Origin: Promethearchaeota archaeon
GTDB taxonomy: Archaea; Asgardarchaeota; Lokiarchaeia; Sigyniarchaeales; SOKP01
Length of the DNA: 64,000 nt
Reading direction: 5' to 3'
Assembly (NCBI GenBank): GCA_016840085.1
Contig: JAEOTA010000017.1
Coordinates: 1 to 64,000 of the forward strand
In this document: one piece after another, positions 31,605 to 40,833 of the stretch
Numbering within the stretch: the stretch's first letter is position 1
Layout of the letters: the number at the start of each line of letters is the position of its first letter
The notes under the pieces: model-generated
What the model saw: only the letters and a program-made list of their open reading frames with translations
Databases searched by the model: none
Told to the model about the DNA's origin: nothing
Translations under genes and position numbers: made by a program

Positions 31605-31688
31605 TCAGATATCTTTTATATAATGATTGTATTTAATTACCCTTGGGAAAAATATATTTAGTTGAATAGCTATTAGATTTATCATAAA

Positions 31689-32108
31689 ATGAAATTTGAA
31701 AAAATTATAAAAGAATTTAGGAATATTTTATCAGATAGAAAAGAGATTATTGCGTCCTATCTTTATGGATCTGTCCTATTCAGAAAAAATTTTGAGGATA
31801 TAGATGTTGGTTTATTGATTGACGATAGATTTAACCTTGAGTTAATGTATGAAGCAAAATTAGCAGAAAAATTAGAGAAAAGATTTAAAAATACATTTAA
31901 TAACTCTAAATTTGTTGATGTTCGAATATTAAATGGAAGATCTTTAAGATTTCTTTTTTCAGTGCTTAAAAATTCAAAACTTATTCATTCAAGAAATGAT
32001 ATTACAAGAATTGAGTTTGAGGCACGTGTAATGAAAGAGTTTATAGATATAAAACCGCATTTTGAAATTTATGATACTATGAGAAAACTGAGATATGTCA
32101 ATAAATAA
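31689..32108 (+). CDS. mntA: Minimal nucleotidyltransferase (MntA-type antitoxin)
   Basis: YLYGS...EDIDVG, VDVRILN; overlaps downstream HEPN gene. Confidence 0.85.
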   Translation: MKFEKIIKEFRNILSDRKEIIASYLYGSVLFRKNFEDIDVGLLIDDRFNLELMYEAKLAEKLEKRFKNTFNNSKFVDVRILNGRSLRFLFSVLKNSKLIHSRNDITRIEFEARVMKEFIDIKPHFEIYDTMRKLRYVNK

Positions 32109-32550
32109 AGTTTTAATTCAAAACAAAATTGATATTATTGAAAGAAATCTTAAGTTTTTAATTGAGTATAAGGATAAAAATGAGAAAGATTTCTTAAATA
32201 GTTATAAGGATGTTCAAGCTGTAAAATATTCTTTGTTTGAAGTAATTGAATCATGTATTGATATTGCATCACATATAATTTCTGCAAAGGGTTTTGAAAG
32301 AGCAGAAACTTATGCTGAAATGTTTGAAATACTTGATAAAAATAATATTTTAAAATCTGATTTGGCAAAAAATTTATCAAATATGGCTAGATTCAGAAAT
32401 GTTCTTGTCCATGGTTATTCTAAAATAGATGATTCTAAAATACTTGTATTTGTTAAGAAAGAATTATTTGATGTTCAAAAATTTGTAAAAATAATATTAG
32501 AATTAATAGAATTATTACATGATTCAGATTCTTATAGGAAATACATTTAA
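32095..32550 (+). CDS. hepT: HepT-like (DUF86) HEPN RNase toxin
   Basis: RNVLVHGY (Rx4HxY) motif intact. Confidence 0.9.
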   Translation: MSINKVLIQNKIDIIERNLKFLIEYKDKNEKDFLNSYKDVQAVKYSLFEVIESCIDIASHIISAKGFERAETYAEMFEILDKNNILKSDLAKNLSNMARFRNVLVHGYSKIDDSKILVFVKKELFDVQKFVKIILELIELLHDSDSYRKYI

Positions 32551-32574
32551 TGTGAATCAAGAATTCCTCTTAGA

Positions 32575-32745
32575 TTATAAATTTGTTGTTTCATTAAATG
32601 CATTTCTAAACCAATTAATATTCTTTTCATTATAATCACTAATTATGAAAGCTCCATGAGTATCTTCATGTGAGATTGAAAAATTATACTTCTTACATAG
32701 TTCAATTATTTCTTCTATGAATTTTTTAAATTTTGAGGGTTTCAT
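32575..32745 (-). CDS. Small 56-aa hypothetical protein missed by ORF track
   Basis: MKPSKFKKFIEEIIELCKKYNFSISHEDTHGAFIISDYNEKNINWFRNAFNETTNL*, ATG at 32743-32745, TAA at 32575-32577; protein-like composition. Confidence 0.65.
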   Translation of the reverse strand: MKPSKFKKFIEEIIELCKKYNFSISHEDTHGAFIISDYNEKNINWFRNAFNETTNL

Positions 32746-32913
32746 TTCATTCAATTTTATAAAAATTTCTTTTATTTATCATATTATACAATTATAAGTA
32801 ATGAGAGTAATAAATCGATTATTATAATAAAAAAATGCTATAAAAAATATCTAAAAAATCTTAAATCTTTTTAAAAATATAAAAAAATTAATTTTTTGTA
32901 TTATTTTTAAAAG

Positions 32914-33741
32914 TTGATTATTCTAATGAGTAAGGGATTTAGACTTCTCCGGGTCGAATATATCTTTTCTGTGCTCATTCCATGCTTACTATGTATTTAT
33001 TTAAATGACTATGAAATTATTTCTCATATTTGGCTATTGGCAGGTTTTACTTTTTACGCAATAACAGGAAATACACTTAATGATGTTATCGATATGAGGG
33101 ATCCTGATGAAAAAGAAACTCTTGAAAGAGTGGAAGGTTATGGTCGTAAAGAAATATTTGTGCTTTCTCTTGCTAGTTTTGTTCTAGGAACTATGTGTTT
33201 TATGAATGATATTTTAACAACACCAATCTTAGGACTTTACTTAGTAGTTATAGTTATTATGGTTATTTTTTATTGTATATTTAAAAGAATTGTCATTGTT
33301 AACCACATTATATTAGGGATTTCTCACATTATTCTACCATATTTTATGATTAAAATTAATGCTGGAGAGACAGTCAACAATATTTTTCCAAATATGGGAT
33401 TATCCGAATCATTTATATTAACGGCTATAACTTCTGTAGCATTTATAGGGCAAATGGTTCATGAAATGATTGATGGAGATTCCTTAGCAAGATTACAACC
33501 CAGAACATCTCAATTAGTAATTTGGATCGCTTCGATAATCTCTATTATTATAGTAATTATTTCATTTATTATAACTAAGTATCTTATATTCTTACCAATT
33601 TTATTTTTTCCATTAGGAATTATATATATTTTTAGAACACCGAGAACTGATTTGTTAGGACGAACATCACTAAAAGATATTGGTATTATATTAGGAAATC
33701 TTATGTTGGCTTATCTGGTAATCTTAATTATTGCTCCTTAA
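32914..33741 (+). CDS. UbiA-superfamily prenyltransferase-like membrane protein
   Basis: NDVIDMRD first Asp-rich motif, HEMIDGD second motif, multi-TM; start probably ATG at 32926. Confidence 0.75.
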   Translation: MIILMSKGFRLLRVEYIFSVLIPCLLCIYLNDYEIISHIWLLAGFTFYAITGNTLNDVIDMRDPDEKETLERVEGYGRKEIFVLSLASFVLGTMCFMNDILTTPILGLYLVVIVIMVIFYCIFKRIVIVNHIILGISHIILPYFMIKINAGETVNNIFPNMGLSESFILTAITSVAFIGQMVHEMIDGDSLARLQPRTSQLVIWIASIISIIIVIISFIITKYLIFLPILFFPLGIIYIFRTPRTDLLGRTSLKDIGIILGNLMLAYLVILIIAP

Positions 33742-33816
33742 TAATAAATTGATTATCTTTATTAAATCTGACATAATCAGTTGGTAATAAAAGAGTTCTT
33801 ATATTTAGAAAAAGAT

Positions 33817-34005
33817 TAATTAGTTTTATTTAGGATTGCTTCTGTAATTTTTATTATTTCATTCATTATAACTTTATATTTGATATTCCTATCAATTTCA
33901 TTTCTCTCTAAGGAATTTATATGTTTTTAGAAAAATATGAAGTAATCTGTTTGGGAGAATCTCATTAAAGGATACAGGAATAATATTAGGGAACTTATTG
34001 CTTGT
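33817..34005 (+). pseudogene. Degenerate copy of the 3' end of the adjacent UbiA-like gene
   Basis: IISFIITLYLIFL and NLFGRISLKDTGIILGNLLL versus intact IISFIITKYLIFL and DLLGRTSLKDIGIILGNLML; frameshift and internal TGA. Confidence 0.8.
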
Positions 34006-34131
34006 AGGATCATTACTCTTTATTTTTTCGTCTTTATCTCCCAAATTACTAAAAAAATACTCATTACATTTCTTTTATATAAAAGTGAATTTTAACTTAT
34101 TAAATTTATAAAATTAGGTGATATTTTGAGT

Positions 34132-34524
34132 TTAAAGAAAATTATTTTCTACTAAATATTCTTTTAATTTTTCAATAAATTTTTGTCCCGTCTTGAGTAG
34201 TTCTTCAACTTCTTCTTTATCGATTTTAACAGATATTTCATAATCTCCAATTTGCCGTTTATCAAATGCATCTTTAAGTTGTCTACCTATTTCTTTAGGT
34301 AAAATATTGGTTTTGATAAACTCTTTCCCAAAAAGAGAAATTAATCCTCTGTGGCTTTTTATTCTCAAATTTTTAGTTAATAACAATGCTTCAGCCATAT
34401 AATGCATCGCATAATAAATCCTTGAAGCCGAACTATCAAAATCATTAACATCTAACAACAGTTCAGCACTTTTCATAAATTTCTTTGCTTTTTCAATTAA
34501 TGGTTTAATATTTATTTCACTCAT
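34132..34524 (-). CDS. HEPN domain protein (UPF0332-like)
   Basis: SRIYYAMH, KSHRGLISLF, RQIGDY. Confidence 0.9.
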   Translation of the reverse strand: MSEINIKPLIEKAKKFMKSAELLLDVNDFDSSASRIYYAMHYMAEALLLTKNLRIKSHRGLISLFGKEFIKTNILPKEIGRQLKDAFDKRQIGDYEISVKIDKEEVEELLKTGQKFIEKLKEYLVENNFL

Positions 34525-34847
34525 ATTTGAATGCCTTCTTCCCTTATATTCATTAAAAATGGAGTTTTCATCAATAAATAGTATTCTTCAGATACGGGGT
34601 GAATTGATATTAAAATATCATATTTTAAAACGAAATCGTACGTCATTTCACTCATTCTATCGATTTCTTTAAATGGAGATATATCACCTTTTAGGACTAT
34701 TGCCAAATCAATATCTGAATCTTCATTATATTCTCCTCTCGCAAATGAACCATATAATATTAAGCTTGAAAATTTATCTCGATATAAATTTTGAAGCCTA
34801 ACTTTAAAATCTTTGAGTATTTTTATTATTCCAACTGTGTCTTGCAT
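34521..34847 (-). CDS. Minimal nucleotidyltransferase (MNT)
   Basis: LYGSFARGEYNEDSDIDLAI; ATGA overlap with HEPN gene. Confidence 0.9.
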   Translation of the reverse strand: MQDTVGIIKILKDFKVRLQNLYRDKFSSLILYGSFARGEYNEDSDIDLAIVLKGDISPFKEIDRMSEMTYDFVLKYDILISIHPVSEEYYLLMKTPFLMNIREEGIQI

Positions 34848-35077
34848 TTAATTTCGCAAATTTTTAAGTTATTATTTTAAACTGTTAAAAAGAAGGTGAT
34901 AAAATTATTTAAATTTAATCACCAATCAATTTTCAAAATTTAAGAATATTTAAGAATATAAAAACCAAAATGGTTATATAATTTTTCAAATAAAACTAAA
35001 AGTTATGAAGAAAGATTTCCCATACTTTAGGGATAATAATTGTCGTTAAAGATACTTGTTTAGATATTTAGAGATTA

Positions 35078-35128
35078 GTCTACGTGTATTGCTTTTTTGT
35101 CAATGTTGCACAGTTTGGAGAATCACTT
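35078..35128 (+). pseudogene. 51-bp scrap of a nitrilase-domain paralog
   Basis: VYVYCFFVNVAQFGESL versus IYAYCFFANVAEFGESL at 31392-31442. Confidence 0.75.
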
Positions 35129-35334
35129 TACTTATATAATCATTTTAATTATTACCAGTAAAGGTAAAAAAAGAATTTCATATAAGTTTAAAATTTAGTG
35201 TAAATATGTAAATTAATGCTTCACAGAGAAAAATTAAAAGGATATTTTAGGTTTATAACTTTATATTAATTTCAGCTGATGTTATATAAGGGGATATATC
35301 TTCTAATTAAAATAATTTTTAATTTAAATTCAAA

Positions 35335-36606
35335 ATGTCAAAAATTGAACCAATTGATATAGATTTTTTTACTGCTTTTAATGAAAACGCCTGTAATCTA
35401 TGTGGTGAATGTTTTCATAAATGCCCAGTTATGCTGCTTCCCATTGATTTTGCAATTGAGGAAATGAAGAAATTAATCGCTAGTGAAAAAACTGAAAGAG
35501 TATTAAATGAATGCCAAAGTTGTTTTTCATGCAATTTTTATTGTCCTAAAAATGCTCATCCAGCGAGCCTTATTTTACAGCATTGGAATGAAGAATATAA
35601 AAAAAAAGGTTTGCGAAAGAGAGGAGAATATTTTATGACACTATATCCTCACTATCCTAATTTTCGCTCTTATGTTATGGATCATTTACCTAGATCGACA
35701 AAAGAAATTGTTAAAAAATGGGCTTTATTGGGACCGTTGAAGGGAGATACTTTGACGTATCCTGGTTGTAATATAATAACTTTTGCAGAGCTAACTCAAA
35801 CTAGTTTTTTCAAAGATTTAGATATAAGAGGGCGCTTAGAGTATTGTTGTGGAGAAACTTTATTTCGAACAGGATATAGAAATGAGCTTTTTCAGATCAC
35901 TAAAAGATTAGATAGGTGGTTCAACATTTTAAAACCTAAGAGACTACTTGTCTTATGCACTGCAGGCACCAGTGTTTTTAAAAGTGTATTACCTCATTAT
36001 GGATTAACATATAAATTTGAAGAAATCAAATCATACATTCAATATTTATGGGAACGAATACAGAATGGAGAAATTAAAATTATAAATAAATTAGATATGA
36101 AAGTTACAATACAGGATTCTTGTTATGCTAAGATGTTTGGAGATAAATATATGGATTTACCTCGTAAGATCTTGGATGCTATAGGAGTCGAAATTGTAGA
36201 AATTGAATCATGTAGAGAGAATATGCGATGTTGTGGAATAGCTGCAGGTTTTTCAATTGATTCTGCTTATCAACCGTTTAGATTAAGATCATCAACTCTA
36301 AGAAATTTTAAAGATTTTAAAAAGACAAACGCCGATGCGGTATGTGTATATTGTGCTGGTTGTTTAGCAGAATTTATGACAAATAAGAAACTATATTTTA
36401 AAAAGCTTAAAGTTTATCATATTATTGAGTTAGTGCAAATTGCAATTGGAGAAAATCCCAGCTTAACCAAAAGAGCAAAAAAAAAGAGAGGCAGGCATTT
36501 CTTCTGGGGAATTATTCGAAAACAATTTCCTAAAATCCTGTCAAAAAAGAAATTTAAGATAGCTGAAATTCCTGAGGAGCCCCCCAATTATAAGGAAGCA
36601 TGGTAA
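35335..36606 (+). CDS. Fe-S/CCG domain oxidoreductase (HdrD/GlpC-like)
   Basis: CNLCGECFHKCP, CQSCFSCNFYCP, YCCG and RCCG motifs. Confidence 0.85.
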   Translation: MSKIEPIDIDFFTAFNENACNLCGECFHKCPVMLLPIDFAIEEMKKLIASEKTERVLNECQSCFSCNFYCPKNAHPASLILQHWNEEYKKKGLRKRGEYFMTLYPHYPNFRSYVMDHLPRSTKEIVKKWALLGPLKGDTLTYPGCNIITFAELTQTSFFKDLDIRGRLEYCCGETLFRTGYRNELFQITKRLDRWFNILKPKRLLVLCTAGTSVFKSVLPHYGLTYKFEEIKSYIQYLWERIQNGEIKIINKLDMKVTIQDSCYAKMFGDKYMDLPRKILDAIGVEIVEIESCRENMRCCGIAAGFSIDSAYQPFRLRSSTLRNFKDFKKTNADAVCVYCAGCLAEFMTNKKLYFKKLKVYHIIELVQIAIGENPSLTKRAKKKRGRHFFWGIIRKQFPKILSKKKFKIAEIPEEPPNYKEAW

Positions 36607-37970
36607 AAATGAATAAAACTAGAAGAATGTCAGGATTTAAAGAAAATTTGTGTAACTTATGCGGCGAATGTTTTCATCTATGTCCTGTTTTACAATTGCC
36701 AATTGAAGAAGCAAAGAAAGAAATTAAAAACTTAATTGAAGGAGAAGAATCTCAATATGTTCTCTCTAACTGCAATACTTGTCTTTCTTGTAATTTATAT
36801 TGTCCTCAGAATGCAAATCCTTATCAGTTGATTCTTGAGAGATGGAATGACTTATATAAAAAAAGGGCAGCTCCTCCATTATATCGATTTGTTTGTCCTA
36901 CTAAACAATCTAATATCTGGCAACTACTCAATATTTTTTTATCAAATCAAGAAAGAAGGTGGATCTATAATTGGATGCATTATATCCCAGAAGCGGATGA
37001 TACACCATTATTGATTGGAAATTATACGCATTTATTTCCATTTATAATTGGCGAAAGCAAATTATTGGATAATTTCAAACCTATTGATAGAATTGACCAA
37101 TGGGAAGGTGGAGCATATTTATACCAAGGGGGATACTTAGATGTTGTTCAAAGGATCGCTCATAGAACAAAGAAAGATTTTGATAATTGGGGCGTTAAAA
37201 ATGTTGTTGCATGTTTGGATGCTGTTGAATATATCTTTAAGGAAGTACATCCTAAGGAGATGGGAGTAAATCATACTCAAAATTTCATTAATTTTAATCA
37301 ATGGCTTTTGGATAATATTGATTCTGGGGAAATTAAGTTAAAAAATCAAATTAATATGACCGTAACTGTTCATGATAATTGTTATTCTAAAGCTTTAGGA
37401 GGAGCTTATTGGGAGGTTTCTAGAGAAATATTAAAAAGATGTGGATGTCAAATTTCTGAAATGAAACATAATAGAAAAGATTCATTATGTTGCGGCTTCG
37501 GCGCAGGAGCATCATGGACAAAAAATATATCAATAATATTTGATATAATCTCTGAAGGGATGAAAAAGTTCAAAGAAGCAGAAGAAACTAATGCAAAAGC
37601 TTTAATTTCCTACTGTGGTGGATGTATTTATTTATTATGGGCTACAAGAGAATTAATAAGAAGTAAAATTGATATATTTCATGTTATTGAAATTGTCAGG
37701 ATGGCAATGGGAGAAAAATTAAATTATCCAGAGGATCATATCACACGAGCATGGGATATTATAGCTATTATGACTTATTCTCTCATACTATCCTTTTTTA
37801 ATAAAAACTTCTATATAGATGAAATTACTTACAACAAGGATTTAAGTACTTTTACCCCAAAGAAATATAGATTATTAAAGATCATTAGATATACAATGGA
37901 CTTTCCTTTAATTAAAAGTTTATTTGCAAAGGGATTTCATCTCTTACGTAAAATTTTAAAATCGAAATAA
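36600..37970 (+). CDS. Fe-S/CCG domain oxidoreductase paralog, first CCG domain degenerate
   Basis: CNLCGECFHLCP, CNTCLSCNLYCP, HDNC...LCCG...CGGC. Confidence 0.85.
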   Translation: MVKMNKTRRMSGFKENLCNLCGECFHLCPVLQLPIEEAKKEIKNLIEGEESQYVLSNCNTCLSCNLYCPQNANPYQLILERWNDLYKKRAAPPLYRFVCPTKQSNIWQLLNIFLSNQERRWIYNWMHYIPEADDTPLLIGNYTHLFPFIIGESKLLDNFKPIDRIDQWEGGAYLYQGGYLDVVQRIAHRTKKDFDNWGVKNVVACLDAVEYIFKEVHPKEMGVNHTQNFINFNQWLLDNIDSGEIKLKNQINMTVTVHDNCYSKALGGAYWEVSREILKRCGCQISEMKHNRKDSLCCGFGAGASWTKNISIIFDIISEGMKKFKEAEETNAKALISYCGGCIYLLWATRELIRSKIDIFHVIEIVRMAMGEKLNYPEDHITRAWDIIAIMTYSLILSFFNKNFYIDEITYNKDLSTFTPKKYRLLKIIRYTMDFPLIKSLFAKGFHLLRKILKSK

Positions 37971-37991
37971 TAAATTAAGAGAGAGAAAAAA

Positions 37992-38274
37992 ATGTTTGTT
38001 CATATGTCAATTCATTATCCAAAACCAGAAAAAGAACAATTCCTAATTGATTCTATGCATTGTTTTGGAAAGGCGATGGAAGGAAAAAAAGGATTTATTA
38101 TGGCTCATACTAAAAAAGGATGAAGATACAGGAAAGCTTGTTGGTTTAGCTCTTTGGGACTGGAAGGATGATTGGTTAGCAGCAAGACCAGCGATGATCG
38201 ACGCAGTAAAAGATGATCCATTTGATGAATGGAAGTTAAAAGATCCTGATGTTTTTCATTTAAATGTCGTATAA
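37992..38274 (+). pseudogene. ABM-like (dimeric alpha/beta barrel) protein split by a +1 frameshift in an A6 run
   Basis: ATG 37992 gives MFVHMSIHYPKPEKEQFLIDSMHCFGKAMEGKKGFIMAHT; removing one A at 38112-38117 joins it to KDEDTGKLVGLALWDWKDDW...VFHLNVV*. Confidence 0.7.
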
Positions 38275-38315
38275 TTTAATTGGTTCAAAAAATATTCTTT
38301 ATTTGGTGAATATAA

Positions 38316-38771
38316 ATGGGAGAGTTATCTCTAATAAGCCCTGCATTTAATCATATGGGTGATATTCCTAGAAAGTATACATGTCAAAGCGAAGAAATTA
38401 GCCCGCCATTAAAAATTTCGGGAGTTCCTCAGGAAGCAAAAAGCTTAATTCTAATCATGGAAGATCCTGATGCTCCAATGGGTCTCACTGTTACTCATTG
38501 GGTAATTTGTCATCTTGACCCTAAAACCACTGAAATACCTGAAGGAAGTTCCTTAGAGGGTGCTATCGTTGGGAAGAATATGATGCGAAAAAACAAATAT
38601 ATGGGACCATGTCCCCCTAAGGGAAAACATAGATATTTTTTCAAATTGTTTGCACTAGATGAAAAATTACCTTTAGATTCTAAAAGTCGCAAAAAAAAAG
38701 TCTTGAAAACAATGGAAGGACATATTATCGAACAAACAGAATTAATAGGAACTTATGCTAAACAGAAGTAA
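38316..38771 (+). CDS. YbhB/YbcL (PEBP/RKIP-like) protein
   Basis: MEDPDAP, THWV, YMGPCPPKGKHRYFF. Confidence 0.95.
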   Translation: MGELSLISPAFNHMGDIPRKYTCQSEEISPPLKISGVPQEAKSLILIMEDPDAPMGLTVTHWVICHLDPKTTEIPEGSSLEGAIVGKNMMRKNKYMGPCPPKGKHRYFFKLFALDEKLPLDSKSRKKKVLKTMEGHIIEQTELIGTYAKQK

Positions 38772-39843
38772 AAAAGATAATAATAATTTGAAGGAAATAA
38801 TAAACTCCAAATTCTTAAAATTAGCTAAATTTCAAAAACAAATAGATGACAATGTTACTCAATGTCTAACCTGTGAAAGAAAATGTAAAATTCCAAAAGG
38901 AAAAGCTGGATTTTGTAAGACTCGAATCAATAAAGATGGTCAGATTTATTCTATAGTTTACGGGTTAATTCCTGCATTATCAATCAACCCTATAGAAAAA
39001 AAACCTCTTTATCATTTTTATCCAGGAAGCAAAGCTTTAACAGTAGGGACTTATGGTTGTAATTTTACTTGTTTTTGGTGCCAAAATCATCATTTATCTA
39101 AAACGAACCCTTTAAAAGTTGTTCAATTTGCGACAATCGACGAATTTCTCTCCCCAGAGAAATTAATTGAAATGGCTTTAAAAAGAAAGTGTCAGGGAAC
39201 TTCAATTTCCTTTAATGAACCTACGTTATTGTTCGAATATGCCTTAGAAGTCTTTAAACTAGCAAAACAGAATGGTTTATATAATACATATATAACAAAT
39301 GGCTACATGACAGAGGAAGTTTTGAGAGATTTAATAGACGCTGGTCTTGACGCAATGAATATAGATATAAAAGGAGAGGCTGATATGGTTCAGAAATATT
39401 GTGGTGTTGATGTGGAAAAAGTATGGAGAAATGCTAAGTTAGCAAAAGATCTGGGTGTTCATATTGAAATTACCACATTAATAATTCAAGAATTAAATTC
39501 AAATGAGAAAATCATAAAACGGATAGCAGAAAAAATTTTAAATAAGCTAGGAGAAGATACACCGTATCATATTTCTCGTTTTTTTCCTCATTATAAATCT
39601 CAAGAGTATGGGATATCTGAACCTACACCCATTAACCTGCTGTATAAAGCTTATGATATGGCTAAAAAAGTAGGCTTAAATTATGTTTATCTCGGAAATT
39701 TACCAACTACAAATTATGATCATACTTATTGCCCAAAATGCACTAAACTAGTAATTAAAAGAAAAATTTTAGGAGTAGAAGAAACTTTTTTAGATCCGAA
39801 AGGGAATTGTAAATATTGTGGATTTCCAATTTGCATCATATAA
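38755..39843 (+). CDS. amrS: AmmeMemoRadiSam system radical SAM enzyme
   Basis: PIEKKPLYHFYPG, GCNFTCFWCQN, FNEPT, YVYLGN, TYCPKC. Confidence 0.9.
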   Translation: MLNRSKKDNNNLKEIINSKFLKLAKFQKQIDDNVTQCLTCERKCKIPKGKAGFCKTRINKDGQIYSIVYGLIPALSINPIEKKPLYHFYPGSKALTVGTYGCNFTCFWCQNHHLSKTNPLKVVQFATIDEFLSPEKLIEMALKRKCQGTSISFNEPTLLFEYALEVFKLAKQNGLYNTYITNGYMTEEVLRDLIDAGLDAMNIDIKGEADMVQKYCGVDVEKVWRNAKLAKDLGVHIEITTLIIQELNSNEKIIKRIAEKILNKLGEDTPYHISRFFPHYKSQEYGISEPTPINLLYKAYDMAKKVGLNYVYLGNLPTTNYDHTYCPKCTKLVIKRKILGVEETFLDPKGNCKYCGFPICII

Positions 39844-39969
39844 CTTATCTAGCATTTTTTAATTTCATACTGTTAATATTATATGTTCAATTATTAAAAT
39901 AGAAAGAGCGGGGGAATTAAATCAATTAATAATAGATCTTCTTAAAAGTTAAGCTACGTTGCACTTATT

Positions 39970-40806
39970 ATGGTAGAAGCATATGCCGATGTTAATGGTA
40001 TAAAAATTTGTTATAGGAGTCAGGGGAAGGGATTTCCATTAATTCTACTTCATGGATTTGGATCCAAGAAAGAGAGTTTTATGGCACAAATCCCAGAACT
40101 ATCTAAACATTTCAAGATTATTGCAGTTGACATGAGAGGAGCAGGAAAGAGTTCAAGACCCAATTATCATTATACTATGGAAATGTTTGCTGATGATATT
40201 AAGGGCTTGATTGATTTCTTAAGAATCAAAAAAACTCATTTATTAGGCCTTTCATTTGGTGGTATGGTGGCTCAAAATTTTATATTGAAATATCCATCGT
40301 ATGTTTCTAAACTTATTCTTATAAATACAATGCTAAAGATCCCTGAGAATTTTGATCCAGAGCCATATATTCAAACTAGAATTAAAGGATTGGAATTCAG
40401 AAAACAAGATCCTGTTAAAGCTTTTTGGCAAAGTACTCAATTTGGGTTTTATCAGAAGTTTAGACATAAAATGCGAGCAAATACGAAGGAGAAATTTTAC
40501 GGATTGTGGTCAGTAGAAGATCTTATCAATTATTATACAACTGACCCTCCTACACCTCAAGATATTCGAAATATTGCATACTCTTTCAAAACGTACAATA
40601 CATCTAATAGATTACATGAAATTAACCATGAAACGCTTTTACTCACAGCTTCTCATGATATTCTTGTTCCCAAAGAAAGAATGTTTGAGATACATACAAT
40701 ATTACCAAATAGTATTATAAAAGTAATAGATAAAGCAGGACATGAATCTCCAAAATCTAAAGCACCAGAACTTAATAGATCCATTATTGAGTTTCTAACA
40801 AGCTAA
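39970..40806 (+). CDS. Alpha/beta hydrolase (enol-lactonase/esterase-like), copy 1
   Basis: HGFG, DMRGAGKS, GLSFGG, AGHES. Confidence 0.9.
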   Translation: MVEAYADVNGIKICYRSQGKGFPLILLHGFGSKKESFMAQIPELSKHFKIIAVDMRGAGKSSRPNYHYTMEMFADDIKGLIDFLRIKKTHLLGLSFGGMVAQNFILKYPSYVSKLILINTMLKIPENFDPEPYIQTRIKGLEFRKQDPVKAFWQSTQFGFYQKFRHKMRANTKEKFYGLWSVEDLINYYTTDPPTPQDIRNIAYSFKTYNTSNRLHEINHETLLLTASHDILVPKERMFEIHTILPNSIIKVIDKAGHESPKSKAPELNRSIIEFLTS

Positions 40807-40833
40807 TGAAGAATTTTTTTTAAAAAAAATAAG

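Noticed and set aside
31605-31688. SECIS element for the UGA at 28569
   Set aside because: ATGA and a weak 7-bp stem exist but there is no opposing GA to form the quartet
31392-35128. DGR template/variable repeat pair
   Set aside because: Differences are mostly synonymous and not adenine-specific; no reverse transcriptase in window
38110-38120. Programmed -1 frameshift at AAAAAAG
   Set aside because: Heptamer is not in X XXY YYZ phase and the required shift is +1
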